Assembly (NCBI GenBank): GCA_964016885.1
Contig: OZ024742.1
Coordinates: 89,776,001-89,840,000, forward strand
Length of the DNA: 64,000 bases
Direction: 5' to 3'
DNA from: Eledone cirrhosa
Taxonomy: Eukaryota
In this document: piece after piece, positions 1-15,109 of the stretch
Layout of the letters: each line of letters begins with the position of its first letter
How positions within the stretch are numbered: position 1 is the stretch's first letter
Notes under the pieces: model-generated
The model's input: the letters and a program-made list of their open reading frames with translations, nothing else
What the model was told of the DNA's origin: nothing
The model's database searches: none
Program-made: the position numbers and the translations under genes

Positions 1-668
1 GCCAATGGAGGGATTGTTTTCACCATTTTATAACAATTAAATAAATCATCATTAAGTTGGCAACTCCAAGAGAACTGCGATTTATAATTTCGGTTTCTTC
101 CGTAGCAACAACCGAATAAGTTTATTTACATTTCTCATTGATTTTCTCACTGGTTTTATTCGGTAAATTATTTTTGTTCCTTGTGTTCGGTAAATTGTTA
201 CTGTTGATGCTGTGTCCACCCATACTGTTTATACCAAACCCTTATAAAATGAAGTATATATTTAGTCAGATATCTCTACGAATTCGAATAAAAGGTGTCA
301 TCAGTGGATATAGTCAGAAGAATACCCAGTTATTCAACACGACTGTTAGTTGAGGCATTCCTGTCGGAGATATTATTCATCATAAATTCAATAAATAGTA
401 TCCCCGCCAAAATGTGCGAATGATCGCGTTGACTTACTGTGTATGTATGTTCTTCTGGTTTTATAATTTCACAAATGTTTACCAATAGAGAGAGAGTCTG
501 TTTCTAACATAGACACAAGACTCTCATTGGAATTTAGACAACATCAACGAGGTAGATTATGTATGCATGTCTAGATATGGATGTTATTGTATGTGTGGAT
601 GTGGATGTTTTGAGTTGTATGTGTGCATGTGTATATGCTTTGTATCTGTACATGTGTATATGCAGTTA

Positions 669-940
669 TTAGATGCAAAATATTTGGAATGTTTTACATA
701 TTTTTACTGTTCCATTAATGGATTGCACTTGTAATTTCCTAACTAGTTGTGTTCTGTGTGTTCCTGTGAAGCCTAGCTCCTCAAGATTTGTATTGAGGCA
801 GTTACTAACATAACCCAGTGCCCCAATAATCACAGGCATAAATCTGAAGGTGTAATCAGGGTGGAGAATCTGCAGATTTCTCATCAGTTCTGCATAAATA
901 TTCTTCTTTTCGCTAATCTTTGTTATTATATTGGCATCTG
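669..940 (-). pseudogene. 3' fragment of an RLE-type (R2/R4/NeSL-like) non-LTR retrotransposon, restriction-like endonuclease C-terminus
   Basis: The translation KISEKKNIYAELMRNLQILHPDYTFRFMPVIIGALGYV...KLQVQSINGTVKICKTF matches the K..K..Y..L...P.IIGALG RLE C-terminal pattern. It is 5'-truncated next to microsatellites. Confidence 0.7.
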
Positions 941-1099
941 CTGTGCATACACACCCACGCACGCATAAAAAAAAAATATATATATATACATAAATAGAAT
1001 AGACACACAAAATCATATAAAGATACACAATGTGTCATACATGAAAGGATGCAGCTTGTTATAAACATGTACATACATAGAAAATACATACATACACAC

Positions 1100-1182
<83 letters not shown>

Positions 1183-1216
1183 TATATATATAAAAGAATA
1201 GAGGTGTAACACACGA

Positions 1217-1598
1217 GTTGTGATATATTAGTAAAAGGAAACGAAAATGCTGACAAATTTTTCCCAGTGAAAAATAGTTTAATTAGGAATAAGTATTGGT
1301 TATCAGTTTTAGGTTTAAGTTTTTACCGGTTACGAATTTCTAATACTTTTCAAAAATGATTTTGAGGTAGAGCGTCCGTGATGTTTACTCTAATCTGTTA
1401 TAATTTTTAATCTAATCTGATTAGAGCAAACATCACGGACGCTCTATCTCAAAATTATTTTTGAACCGGTAAAAATTAAAACTAAAACTGAATACTAACC
1501 AATACTTATTACTAATTTTTACTTATTCCTAATTAAACTATTTTTCACTGGGAAAAATTTGTCAGCAGTTTCTTTTCCTTTTACTAATATATCACAAC
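1217..1598. repeat. Foldback (inverted repeat), ~175-bp arms; same family as 8641-9040; probable PLE pseudo-LTR tail
   Basis: GTTGTGATATATTAGTAAAAGG at 1217 is mirrored by CCTTTTACTAATATATCACAAC at 1598. The right arm carries a hammerhead 3'-half-like GAAAAATTTGTCAGC. Confidence 0.8.
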
Positions 1599-1617
1599 GC
1601 TCAGCTTTATAATAATA

Positions 1618-2488
<871 letters not shown>

Positions 2489-2576
2489 ATAATAATAAAT
2501 TTGAAGACTAAAATCCAAAGAGGGCTCGATAAGGATAAATATATATCAAATATATAAGAACCGTAGAGCAAATATT

Positions 2577-4024
2577 TATTAAAATAACAGATTAAAGTTT
2601 AAGCAAAGAATCGCTGCTTTCACCCTTAACGGGATGTTCTGAAACTAACAAAGTCAATCTGTAAACGCAGAACTGGATATTTCAAAAAACGTTGCAACCG
2701 GAGGAAGACAGGAAGACGATACTTTGGTTCGTGGTAACGTTCGCTGGCAAAGAACGGGAAAAAACGAATAATACGTCATTAATAGGAGCGGTGAAAAACA
2801 ATTACACGCAAAGACAGAACCACGTTTATGGTATAAAAGAGGTCGTAGACTAATGTTCTCTTAGGTGGTGCATAGAGACGTTCTCTGGCAATGAACGAAA
2901 AAACGAAGATAATACGTCATGTGTGGAGCGTGGAGAACAATAGCACGCAAAGACAAAACCACGTAAATGGTATAGCAGAAGTCGTAGACTAAAATTCTAA
3001 CTAGGAGACCAAATGAATCTCCGCTACAGAGTTAAGAACAAGTAAATAAATACAATACAGAAGTAATAGAAATAAATAAATTCATACACGCAAACAAATA
3101 CGTACATACGCAAAACATTACCATAGGTATACAAAACCACGCTCATATAAAAATGTGTGTGTGTGTATGCGTGTATACAAATAAATAAATAATTATATAA
3201 ACGTATATAAATAAATAAATACGTATATAACAAGTGCACACACACGGGAGTTTTGCGTCTGTGTGAGTATGCGGGTTCGTACGTATGGTGGGTGTGTGTA
3301 TTGTGTACTTCTTGTTTTAGTTGACCTACGTCTCCGAACATTCGTATATTTATATGTAGGTATGTGTGTGCGCTTGTTATATACGTATTTATTTATTTAT
3401 ATACGTTTATATAATTATTTATTTATTTGTATACACGCATACACACACACACATATTTATATGTGCGTGGTTTTGTATACCTATGGTAATGTTTTGCGTA
3501 TGCTTGTGTATGTACGAATTTGTTTGCGTGTATGTATTTCTATTACTTCTGTATTGTATTTATTTACTTGTTCCTAACTCTATAGCGGAGATTCATTTGG
3601 TCTCATAGTTAGAATTTTAGTCTACGACTTCTGCTATACCATTTACGTGGTTTTGTCTTTGCGTGCTATTGTTCTCCACGTTCCACATATGACGTATTAT
3701 CTTCGTTTTTTCGTTCATTGCCAGAGAACGTCTCTATGCACCACCTAAGAGAACATTAGTCTACGACCTCTTTTATACCATAAACGTGGTTCTTTCTTTG
3801 CGTGTAATAGTTTTTCAGCGCTCCTATTAATGACGTATTATTCGATTTTTCCCGTTCTTTGCCAGAGAACGTTTCCACGAACCAAAGTATCGTTTTCCTG
3901 TCTTCCTCCGGTTGCAACGTTTTTTGAAATATCCAGTTCTGCGTTTACAGATTGACTTTGTTAGTTTCAGAACATCCCGTTAAGGGTGAAAGCAGCGATT
4001 CTTTGCTTAAACTTTAATCTGTTA

Positions 4025-4032
<8 letters not shown>
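2577..4032. repeat. Long foldback: ~670-bp inverted arms (2577-3245 / 3364-4032) with ~120-bp spacer, flanked by (TA)n
   Basis: Direct reverse-complement match of the arms, e.g. AAAATAACAGATTAAAGTTTAAGCAAAGAATCGC vs GCGATTCTTTGCTTAAACTTTAATCTGTTATTTT. Partial copies of the same family lie at ~60533-60700 and ~61010-61308. Confidence 0.9.
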
Positions 4033-4110
<78 letters not shown>

Positions 4111-4111
<1 letters not shown>

Positions 4112-4640
4112 TAGCAAATGACCCCGTCCATTGGATGGTTTCAGTTCTTGGTAGGGCTGCAATGTTAATGGTCAATTTCCGTGTTGTATGTTTAACTTGG
4201 AGGATAATTTTACCTGATCAACTCTTTCAATAAAAGAAAATGAGACGGTATTCAAAATGAGCAAGTTTTATTTACAGATATGTGTCATTAAAATGTGAAC
4301 ATAGAGAAATGTATCGTTAGCCGTGTCGGTTGAACAATGTGTATTTTAAAACATCCATCATGTACACACACACACAAACACATACACACACAAACATACA
4401 CACACATACACACAAACACACACACATACACACACACACATACGCACACAATCCCAAGACGTGACGTTGTGGAAGGGGGAGAGTTAAGAAGTGTAATAAA
4501 TAAGTTAAAATTATAAACGCTGTATTTATCATATTCGCGTCACACAAACTCCTCTCTTTCTTTATTTTACTCTCTCTCTCTCTCACTCCTCTCTTTCTAT
4601 CTCCCTCTCACACATCCTTCTCTCTGTGGCCGTTATGGAA

Positions 4641-4682
<42 letters not shown>

Positions 4683-5026
4683 TGCACGCACACATACACA
4701 CACATACACATACACACACATATACACACGCACATACACATACAATCCCATAACGTTGTGTTGTGGAAGGGGGAGAGTTAAGAAGTGTGTAAAAGGAACG
4801 CTCTCTCTCTTTATGGCCGTCATGGAATTTGTTAGTGCAAAAGTCTATAAGATTATAAAATCGAAGTTTGTGACTTCGAAATTAATCATTATGAAATAAT
4901 TTTTTTCTTGATGTTACAAACGGTAGCCTATTTTGGCTATGTGTTTAATTTGACAGAGATGGATGGAATATTTTCCAAGTGAAACTCTTTTACACACACA
5001 CACAGAACGGGAATTATATATATAGA
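4111..5026 (-). mobile_element. Non-autonomous Helitron
   Basis: The minus strand starts A|TCTATATATATAATTCC and ends with hairpin CCATCCAATGGACGG...TTTGCTAG|T. It has an internal duplication and CA microsatellites. Confidence 0.65.
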
Positions 5027-5283
5027 TATATATATACAAAAGTACAGCATATTCGACGTTCGAGTAGCAGCTAAGCCAACGAATGCTTTCACCAGTGCAG
5101 TCAAGTACTCGGCGAGGTATAGATCTCAGAGTAATGACATACAGTTTAAAGGGCTATGCAAATAGAAAATAGCGACCGCTAATTCAGCTGCGTGATATGT
5201 AGCAACGAAAGAACTAACTAGTGAGAAAAAAATGCACACACACACACATCCATACACACACATATATGCATACATACATATGT

Positions 5284-5358
<75 letters not shown>

Positions 5359-5370
5359 TGTATGTATATG

Positions 5371-5408
<38 letters not shown>

Positions 5409-5410
5409 TG

Positions 5411-5448
<38 letters not shown>

Positions 5449-5454
5449 TGTATG

Positions 5455-5529
<75 letters not shown>

Positions 5530-6056
5530 GTGTGTATATATATATAGAGAGAGAAAATTGAGGTTGGTAATGGCACATGGAATATATAAGAGACAGAATA
5601 CTTTTTTGTGAGAAAACATAATTTTATAAGGTAAGGAAATAATATAGGGTATAAAAAATGACCGGTTTCGATGGGTCTGCAAAAGCCATCTTTTCAAATG
5701 TTGATTAATATTAAGAAAATTAATAATAAGAAGAGTTAAAATTTGAGATTTGAAAATTCAAGTATAAAATTCAGTGTGGGATTTCATATAGTTTTCATCT
5801 TGGTAGCAGCAAGTTGACTGCTGTGTGCCTTTCTGGTAGTGAATGAGGAGTTATTTGGGGGGAGTGGGTTATTTTATAAAGGTCAGATTTAGCAATGGCC
5901 AGATGGCCAGCTGCTGGTCAGTGGGGTGTGGAGGCAATATACATACATATATCTCCCTGTGGTCGGTAGGAGAGGGGAGTGTGATAGAAAGGGATTTAGT
6001 GCACTTACACCTATATATACACACATACCCTCATCCACACACACATACATATACAT

Positions 6057-6131
<75 letters not shown>

Positions 6132-6169
6132 TATACATATACACACATACATACACATACATATACATA

Positions 6170-6207
<38 letters not shown>

Positions 6208-6251
6208 CACATACACACACATATATATATACATACACATACATCCAGATA

Positions 6252-6312
<61 letters not shown>

Positions 6313-6576
6313 GTACATACACATATATACACACATATATATACACATATATATATATACACACACACACACATACATACACACACACACATATATACAT
6401 ACATACACACATACAAACACACACACATATATACACATACACACACATATATATACACATACGCATACATCCAGATACACACATACATACACACACACAC
6501 AATACATACACATACATACATCCACATGCACACACACATACACACACACACACACATACACATACATACACCCACA

Positions 6577-7734
6577 AAGTAGCACCCACATATGCCAACC
6601 TAGTCATGGGATTCCATGAACAACAAATATACAGTCAGTCCCTTCTCTTATTTGGAGACTCTTTCCACACACACCTCAAAGCCAATTGGAAAAGATATCT
6701 AGACGACTGCTTTATCCCATGGCAAGAAGACATGAACTCACTTACTATGTTTAAAAACATGATAAACAACATAGATAATAACATACAATTCACAATGGAA
6801 TCCAATCCTAAGGAATTAGCCTTCTTGGATATTCTCATCTCTGTAATTGAGGGGAAATTAGATATAGATATATTCTATAAACCCACAGATTCCAAGCAAT
6901 ACCTCTTTTTCACATCAAGTCACCCAAAACATACAAAACTTAACATTCCTTACAATTTGGCCAAACGTATATGTACCATAGTATCAGATCCACCTAAACG
7001 GGAGCAAAGACTAAAGGAACTAAATGACACCCTTATCTTAAGAGCCTTTCCACTTGAAATAATCAACAATGGAATAGACAGGGCAAAACACCTAAATCCC
7101 CATCAACTTAACAATCCAAAACAGAAAACCACACTCAACACCCTGCCATATGTATCCACTTTCAACCCCAGAAATACCGAAATGTTTGATCACCTACACA
7201 AAAACCTCCCCATCCTACTTAAAGATGTAAAAATGAAGTCTATTCTTGAAACACACAAGGTCCTTAAAAGTAAAAGACAACCCAAATCACTAAAACGCAT
7301 TCTCACTGGACCAAATATACCCAAACCAATCCTCAACCCTACAGTTACCAAATGTGGTAGAACAAACTGTGGAACGTGCCTCTACCTCACTGAAGGACAA
7401 AAATTTACATTTAAAGATGGCCAAACATTTACAGTAAAAAACAATTTCACCTGCAACTCGGAGAACTTGATTTACGCAATAACTTGCGGTGGGTGCAAAC
7501 ACAACTACATACGCAAAAAATGACCATCCACCGCCAACAAATCCGGGACGCTAACACAAGAAAAATCCCCTAGAGCAGCTATATTGCGAACTGCGCAGGA
7601 ATGACACTACCCAACTTTAAAATCTTCCCCTTCTACAAGTGCTCAGATTCGTTCACACAGCAACAAAGAATAAACAAAGAAAATCTATTCCTTAACAAAT
7701 TTAAACCAAAACTAAACGGGTTATCACCCCAATA
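6577..7734 (+). pseudogene. PLE reverse transcriptase (C-terminal part) plus GIY-YIG endonuclease, Neptune-like, frameshifted
   Basis: Motifs: [27 protein letters not shown]...[27 protein letters not shown] linker, [15 protein letters not shown]...YI. There is a frameshift near 7520. Confidence 0.9.
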
Positions 7735-8131
7735 GAATTGTCATAAAATATAAACACACATACGCACGGAGTGACAGATATATGTGTGTGTATGTGTGCA
7801 TGTATATAATTATCACTACTATTAAAGACCAGAGACCAATTCTGTAGAATCAGGTTTATTCGTTGACAGACCATGCCTTTGTGTGACCAACACATCCATG
7901 TTAAACCCTGCACGTGCACACACATATCTCTATATATATATGCGCACACAGAATTCACCACTGTCGGTTGCGGGGCCCAATCTACATGAAGAACTCAATG
8001 TGATCAGAATGACTTGTATTTTAATTTCACTGTCCTAACTTCTTATATTATGGAAAAAATATATGTGCATGTATGTATATATATATATATATATTTGGAG
8101 GCCATTTCTCTATGTGTGTTGGTGTATGTAT

Positions 8132-8191
<60 letters not shown>

Positions 8192-8573
8192 ATGTGGATG
8201 TATGTATGTGGATGTATGTATGTGGATGTATGTATGTGTATGTATTGTGTGTGTGTGTATGTATGTGTGTATCTGGATGTATGCGTATGTGTATATATAT
8301 GTGTGTGTGTGTATATATATGTGTGTGTATGTGTATATATGTGTGTGTGTTTGTATGTGTGTATGTATGTATATATGTGTATGTACATATATATATGTAT
8401 GTGCGTGTGTGTGTGTGTGTATGTATGTGTGTATCTGGATGTATGTGTATGTATATACATGTGTGTGTGTTTATATATATATGTGTGCGTATGTGTATAT
8501 ATGTGGGTGTGGGTGTATGTGTGTATGTATATGTATGTGTGTGTGAATGTATGTGTGTATATGTATATATATG

Positions 8574-8611
<38 letters not shown>

Positions 8612-8640
8612 AAATAATAGAGGTGTAACACAAGTTATTA

Positions 8641-9032
8641 TATATTGGTAAACGGAATACAAAATGCTGACAAATTGTTCACAGTTGAAAAATGGTTTAA
8701 TTAGGAATAAAAGAGTATTAGTGATTGTATGGGTTAGTATTCAGTTGTGGTTTTAAGTTTTTAAGTTTTTACCGGTTGCGCATTTCTAAATGCTTTTCAA
8801 AAATAATTTTGAGATAGAGTGTCCGTGCTGTTTGCTCTGATCAGAGCAAACAGCACGGACACTCTATCTCAAAATTATTTTTGAAAAGCATTTAGAAATG
8901 CGCAACCGGTAAAAACTTAAAAACTTAAAACCACAACTGAATACTAACCCATACAATCACTAATACTCTTTTATTACTAATTAAACCATTTTTCAACTGT
9001 GGACAATTTGTCAGCATTTTCTATTCCGTTTA

Positions 9033-9040
<8 letters not shown>
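8641..9040. repeat. Near-perfect palindrome (~200-bp arms, centre 8840/8841) nested in the PLE 3' region
   Basis: Centre sequence TTTGCTCTGA|TCAGAGCAAA with no spacer; homologous to 1217-1598. Confidence 0.9.
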
Positions 9041-9095
<55 letters not shown>

Positions 9096-9444
9096 GTATG
9101 TGTGTGTGGATGAGGGTATGTGTGTATATATAGGTGTAAGTGCACTAAATCCCTTTCTATCACTCTCCCCTCTTCTACCGACCACAGGGAGATATATGTA
9201 TGTATATTGCTTCCACCCCCTCACTGACCAGCAGCTGGCCATCTGGCCATTGCTAAATCTGACCTTTATAAAATAACCCACTCCCCCAAATAACTCCTCA
9301 TTCACTACCAGAAAGGCACACAGCAGTCAACTTGCTGCTACCAAGATGAAAACTACTATGAAATCCCACACTGAATTTTATACTTGAATTTTCAAATCTC
9401 AAATTTTAACTCTTCTTATTATTAATTTTCTTAATATTAATCAA

Positions 9445-9488
9445 CATTTGAAAAGATGGCTTTTGCAGACCCATCGAAACCGGTCATT
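9445..9488 (+). ncRNA. Decayed minimal type I hammerhead ribozyme in the pLTR (mirror copy at ~5659-5700, minus strand)
   Basis: TTGAAAA (for CTGAnGA) - GATGG...CCATC stem II - GAAA-CCGG-TC with palindromic stem III. Confidence 0.55.
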
Positions 9489-9627
9489 TTTTATACCCTA
9501 TATTATTTCCTTACCTTATAAAATTATATGTTTTTTCACAAAAAAGTATTCTGTCTCTTATATATTCCATGTGCCATTACCAACCTCAATTTTCTATATA
9601 ACCTTCATTTTGTGTAGAAACTTACAC

Positions 9628-9754
<127 letters not shown>

Positions 9755-9815
9755 GTATATATATATGTATATATATGTATATATATATGTGTATATGTAC
9801 ATATATGTATATATA

Positions 9816-9858
<43 letters not shown>

Positions 9859-9913
9859 ATATATATATATATGTATATATATGTATTTATATATATATGT
9901 ATATATATGTATG

Positions 9914-9978
<65 letters not shown>

Positions 9979-10003
9979 ATATATGTATATATATATATAT
10001 ATA

Positions 10004-10092
<89 letters not shown>

Positions 10093-10097
10093 ATGTA

Positions 10098-10171
<74 letters not shown>

Positions 10172-10664
10172 CATATATACACATACATACGTACATGCAC
10201 ATATCTGTATATATAACTTACCTGGACCGGAAACTTCGAAATTATTGAATATCTAAGTGAGGTTACTCTAAATCCGAAATCAACAAAATCCGCTTGTGGT
10301 GTATAGAAGTCAGTTGTCTGGAAGATCGAACAGAGGATTTACTTTCTCAACAGGCTTTCGTTCTAACCCAAATCCCAGTGTGATAGCACATGTTACTACA
10401 AAGGGAGGTAACCCCGGTTTATGGGGGTCAAAATCAAATTATGATCAATTGAAAAATTCTATACACAAACTGAATTAAGCACTCAACCAGACCGTTATTA
10501 AACAAACTTAAATAATTAACCAATCAATGGAATTGTCAAATTAAATTAATCAATTAATCACTAGGTCTAGGAGATAGTATTACAAAAGTACATATCTGTA
10601 TATATAACATACATGGACCGATATTCGAAATTATTGAATATCTAAGTATATATATATATATATA

Positions 10665-12146
10665 AATGGAAAAAATGAAACGAAATTTCATTTCTACATC
10701 TTAGTACGGCTGTTACTTAAATATAAGTATGTACACGTACATATATATATGTATACAGACGTACAGTAGTATGTATATATATATACATACATGCACACAT
10801 ATATATATGTACGTATGGATTCACCGAACATTTATTATAATGCTCGGTGTGTTTGTAAACAAACATCCCGTATTAAGCCGTAGTGTCTAGCAACCATCGT
10901 TGCTCGTTTGTTCAACACTGACAAAGGAACGCTGTACTAGTTTCAAGCTTATTGGATATTGTCAACAACGTATACCTTTCTGCCAGATTGTTGAACGTAT
11001 ATACTTACCTTATTCATATTAACGGCTGAGTAGCCCAATTTGCATATCGAGGGGCTTAATCGGCCGGGCGCACCGAAAACGACAAACGGAAAAAATGAAA
11101 CGAAATTTCATTTCCACATCTTAGTACGGCTGTTATTTAAATATAGGTATGTACACGTACATACATATATGTATACAGACGTACAGTAGTATGTTATATA
11201 TATACATACATGCACACATATATATATATATATGTATTTATGGACTCACCGAACATTTATTATAATGCTCGGTGTGTTTGTAAACAAACATCTCGTATTA
11301 AGCCGTAGTGTCTAGCAACCATCGTTGCTCGTTTGTTCAACACTGACAAAGGAACGCTGTACTAGTTTCAAGCTTATTAGCTATCGTCAGAAACGTATAC
11401 CTTCCTGCCAGATTGTTGAACGTATATATTTACCTTATGCATATTAACGGCTGAGTAGCCCAATTTGCATATCGAGTGGTTTAATCGGCCGAAAACGATA
11501 AACGAAATAAATGAAACGAAATTTCATATCCCACTCTTAGTACGGCTGTTACTTAAATATAAGTATGTTCACGTACATACATATATGTATACAGACGTAT
11601 AGTAGTATGTATATATATATACATACATGCACACATATATATATGTACGTATGGATTCACCGAACATTTATTATAATGCTCGGTGTGTTTGTAAACAAAC
11701 ATCCCGTATTAAGCCGTAGAGTCTAGCAACCATCGTTGCTCATTTGTTCAACACTGACAAAGGAACGCTGTACTAGTTTCAAGCTTATTAGCTATCGTCA
11801 GCCACGTATACCTTCCTGCCAGATTGTTGAACGTATATACTTATCCTATGCATATTAACGGCTGAGTAGCCAAATTTGCATATCGAGTGGCTTAATCGGC
11901 CGGGTGCACCGAAAACGATAAACGGTAAAAATGAAACGAAATTTCATTTCCCACTCTTAGTACGGCTGTTACTTAAATATCAGTATGTACACGTACATAC
12001 ATATATGTATACAGACGTACAGTAGTATGTATATATACATACATACATGCACACATATATATATGTACGTATGGATTCACCGAACATTTATTATAATGCT
12101 CGGTGTGTTTGTAAACAAACATCCCGTATTAAGCCGTAGTGTCTAG
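10665..12146 (-). mobile_element. Tandem array (~3.5 copies) of a ~420-bp hammerhead-containing monomer (non-LTR retrozyme-like)
   Basis: Units start at ~10671, 11091, 11507 and 11927. The minus strand carries CTGACGA-T-AGCT-AATA-AGCT-T-GAAA-CTAG-TA-CAGC at ~11354-11396 and ~11765-11806, with a decayed copy at ~10929-10970. Confidence 0.85.
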
Positions 12147-15080
12147 ATCCCAAATTGATGTCAAATTGATGTCATCCTCGCGGCCCGTAAAACCATAGTT
12201 GCATGTGAAGATCAATTATGGATCCGCACGGATTCACCTAACAACTTCGACATAACTATGGGAACTAGTGACTCGGCGCAGATCACAGATTTGTTAGGCC
12301 TGAAATGAAAATCATAAAAATTTACCCTACCTCAATGGTGGTTTACATCGTGACGATGCACTACTACTTAATGACTATAAAAAATTAATACAGAAAGAAC
12401 TAGGAAACAATTGCATAAAATGTTTAAAAACTTCAACTTAAGTGTTACCTTAGATAGAAACACTAAAAACATTAACTTCCTTGATGCTACCCTTTGCTTG
12501 GACTCTAAAATGTATAAACCCTTTCATAAACCAAACGAAAAACTACTTTATACAGATACCAACTCTAACCACCCTAAATCTATATTAAACTCAATTACTA
12601 AAGGAGTATCTAATAAAATTGCCACACTATCTTATAATGAAACTATATTTAACAGAAATTCCCAATAATATAATGAAAGTTTAGATCGCTCAGGCCATAA
12701 AAATAAAATTAGATTTTCACCTAAAAAATCACCTAGTTACAACATTATTTCTCACAATATGGCCATGAATAAAGGTAATAAATGTACTGACCACTCTAAC
12801 TCTAGTATGAAGAGTAATAACAAAGTTAACCCTCGCTAGAATAAACACCCCAATAATAATAATATAAACAGAAATACAAACAATACTTCAAATAACATTA
12901 CAAAAAGTAATTACAAAAATAGAACTAATACATTTTTCAATCCCCTTTCAATCTAAACGTTTCCACCAACTTGCCTAAGGCTTTCTTCTCAATCTTGGAA
13001 AGAAACGTCTCAGTCGGCCATAAATACCATAATCTTATCAATAAAAATACCATCAAAATATCTTACTCTACCACACCTAACATCGCGAACCATATAGCTA
13101 GTAGTAATAAAAGGAAGATTAATAATTATTTCCAACTAATTAAATCGCAACAGGGAGTGAACTTACATAACAACATAGTACCAGAGAATTATAGTAGCAG
13201 TAATAATAATAGTAATAGCACTAATGAATTTAATAACAATGGGAATTATAATCATCATTACCCAAATGCTCTCCCTAACATCCATGCACCTACACAGCCT
13301 ATTAACCAGCTAGTAAACAACCAAAATAACTGTAATTGTAGAACAAATAGAAACTGCCCCTTGGGAAAAAAATTGTTTAATCAAAGAGATCATTTACTCA
13401 TGCACAGTCGTTAAAAATAACACTTCGAAAACATATATCGGCTCTACTTCGATATGCTTCAAGACGAGATATATGCGCATCTGCACACTTTCAAAAATCG
13501 CAATCTAGCCAACTCCACTTCTTTATCTAACTACATACACTCTCTCAAAACTAGGAATAGACCATATACACTTCAATGGGAAGTAATAGATAGGGCCAGC
13601 TCGTATAAACCACCGAAATGATTATGTAACCTCTGTCTTCTAGAGACTCGCACAATATTCTATTCTAAGCTAAACCTTTTAAATAGAAAATCAGAAATGT
13701 TTTCCACGTGCCGACACTACCAGCAACACTTTTTCCACAATTTCAAACCTAGCTGCTAATATATAACAATGTCATATCTTGATTCCTCACCACCGTTAAC
13801 ACTTTACCTCTAGGTTTTATCAGCATATAATACCTCCATAGCATCACATTCGTGTATCAGCTCATCCCTCCACTTATCTCCTGTTTATCTCAGATCCTAT
13901 TCTCAATAATAATTATAGAGAATAAACATAAATTTACCACCACTTAATATAACTACAATACCTTCCTTACCAATATTTCATTCATTTAATTAGTATATGG
14001 GTAGGTAGTGGTAAATTGAGACCTTTGACATATTATATAGAAAACAGATTGTATATAAAATTAAATATTAAAATATTAAAATATAAAAATAAATAGCATT
14101 ATATAAAAAGATTCACTTATAATATAATATAGTGTATATTAACACATAGAATCTAACTATTTGGAGTCATAAACAACTAACACCAGATTATACATTTTTT
14201 TCTTATACACAAATTAATCATCAATTACCTCCCCTTTCCCATTAGCTTCCCTTAGTGTAGATCTCTAATCACTTCCTGAAATTAAACCGTTAGACAGATC
14301 ACTCCAGAAAAACTCTAATCTTTGATAAGATTGTAGTGAGACCAATACACAATCCATAGTTGTAGCTACTGAGAAATATTTCCCGAAATATAACCAACGT
14401 AATGGAAAGGAAAACCTTGGTATTAACACTCACAACACATATACATTTGAACATTACCAGAACAATTTTAACATTGCATCCACCATAAACTATCATAGAA
14501 ACTGCTTTTCATACCCAGGCATCTCTGTCTGCTTGACATGCGTTTACACCTGTATTGTATTATGTGATACCATTGCCATACTGTGATATATAAGCTTAGT
14601 ACCATTGCTCGTTTTTCACCTTGTTACTCTGTACATGCATAATACCTCTGAACTCTTTCAATATGTTTGCCTATGTACCGCTAAAGTCCTCATTTTGCGA
14701 GTAACTTTCTTCTTTAATTCTTCTATAATTGTTGTATTATTCTTTTATAATCTTTGTCGCATCCAATGATACTGACCACATCACCTTCACTCTTTAAATA
14801 TGACACCGTTAGTGACAACAGTAATATCTATGTGTGTGTACGATTGTTCTGTGGAATATGAGGTTAATTACATGTGTAAACTTTGCTAATGCTCCGAGGA
14901 TTCCAAACGAAAGTTTGGAAGAAAAGATTGTCAGCAACAAAATGTTTTGAACATAGTTTTGATTATTCTGTAATTTATATTCCTGCTCTGTAAGACATCT
15001 GATGTATTTATATTGAGCTATTTTTCATACTGGTATTAAGGTGGCATAAAAAGAATACTGACCTTTCCTGTTTATAATTA
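12147..15080 (+). mobile_element. Degenerate 5'-truncated PLE (RT + GIY-YIG, Naiad-like motifs) with 3'UTR/pLTR
   Basis: Motifs: FDITMGTSDSAQITDLLG, GGLHRDD, INFLD, SNHP, IKISYS, CNCRTNRNCPL, YIGST, CNLCLLE, with many frameshifts. A decayed hammerhead lies at 14890-14936: TGCT-CCGAGGA-TTCCAAAC GAAA GTTTGGAA-GAAA-AGATTG-TC-AGCA. Confidence 0.85.
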
Positions 15081-15109
15081 TATATAGTGTATATATAAGT
15101 ATAAATATT

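Noticed and set aside
1-310. Possible hammerhead on the minus strand (CTGATGA at ~298-304 with CACC/GGTG pairing ~270 nt away)
   Set aside because: No convincing GAAA-stem III-NUH-stem I could be assembled, and the window edge truncates the context.
13600-13650. In-frame TGA near the GIY-YIG CxxC as possible selenocysteine (reported for some Naiad PLEs)
   Set aside because: The TGA is not at a conserved Cys position, the copy is full of frameshifts, and the other Naiad-like copies use normal Cys codons.
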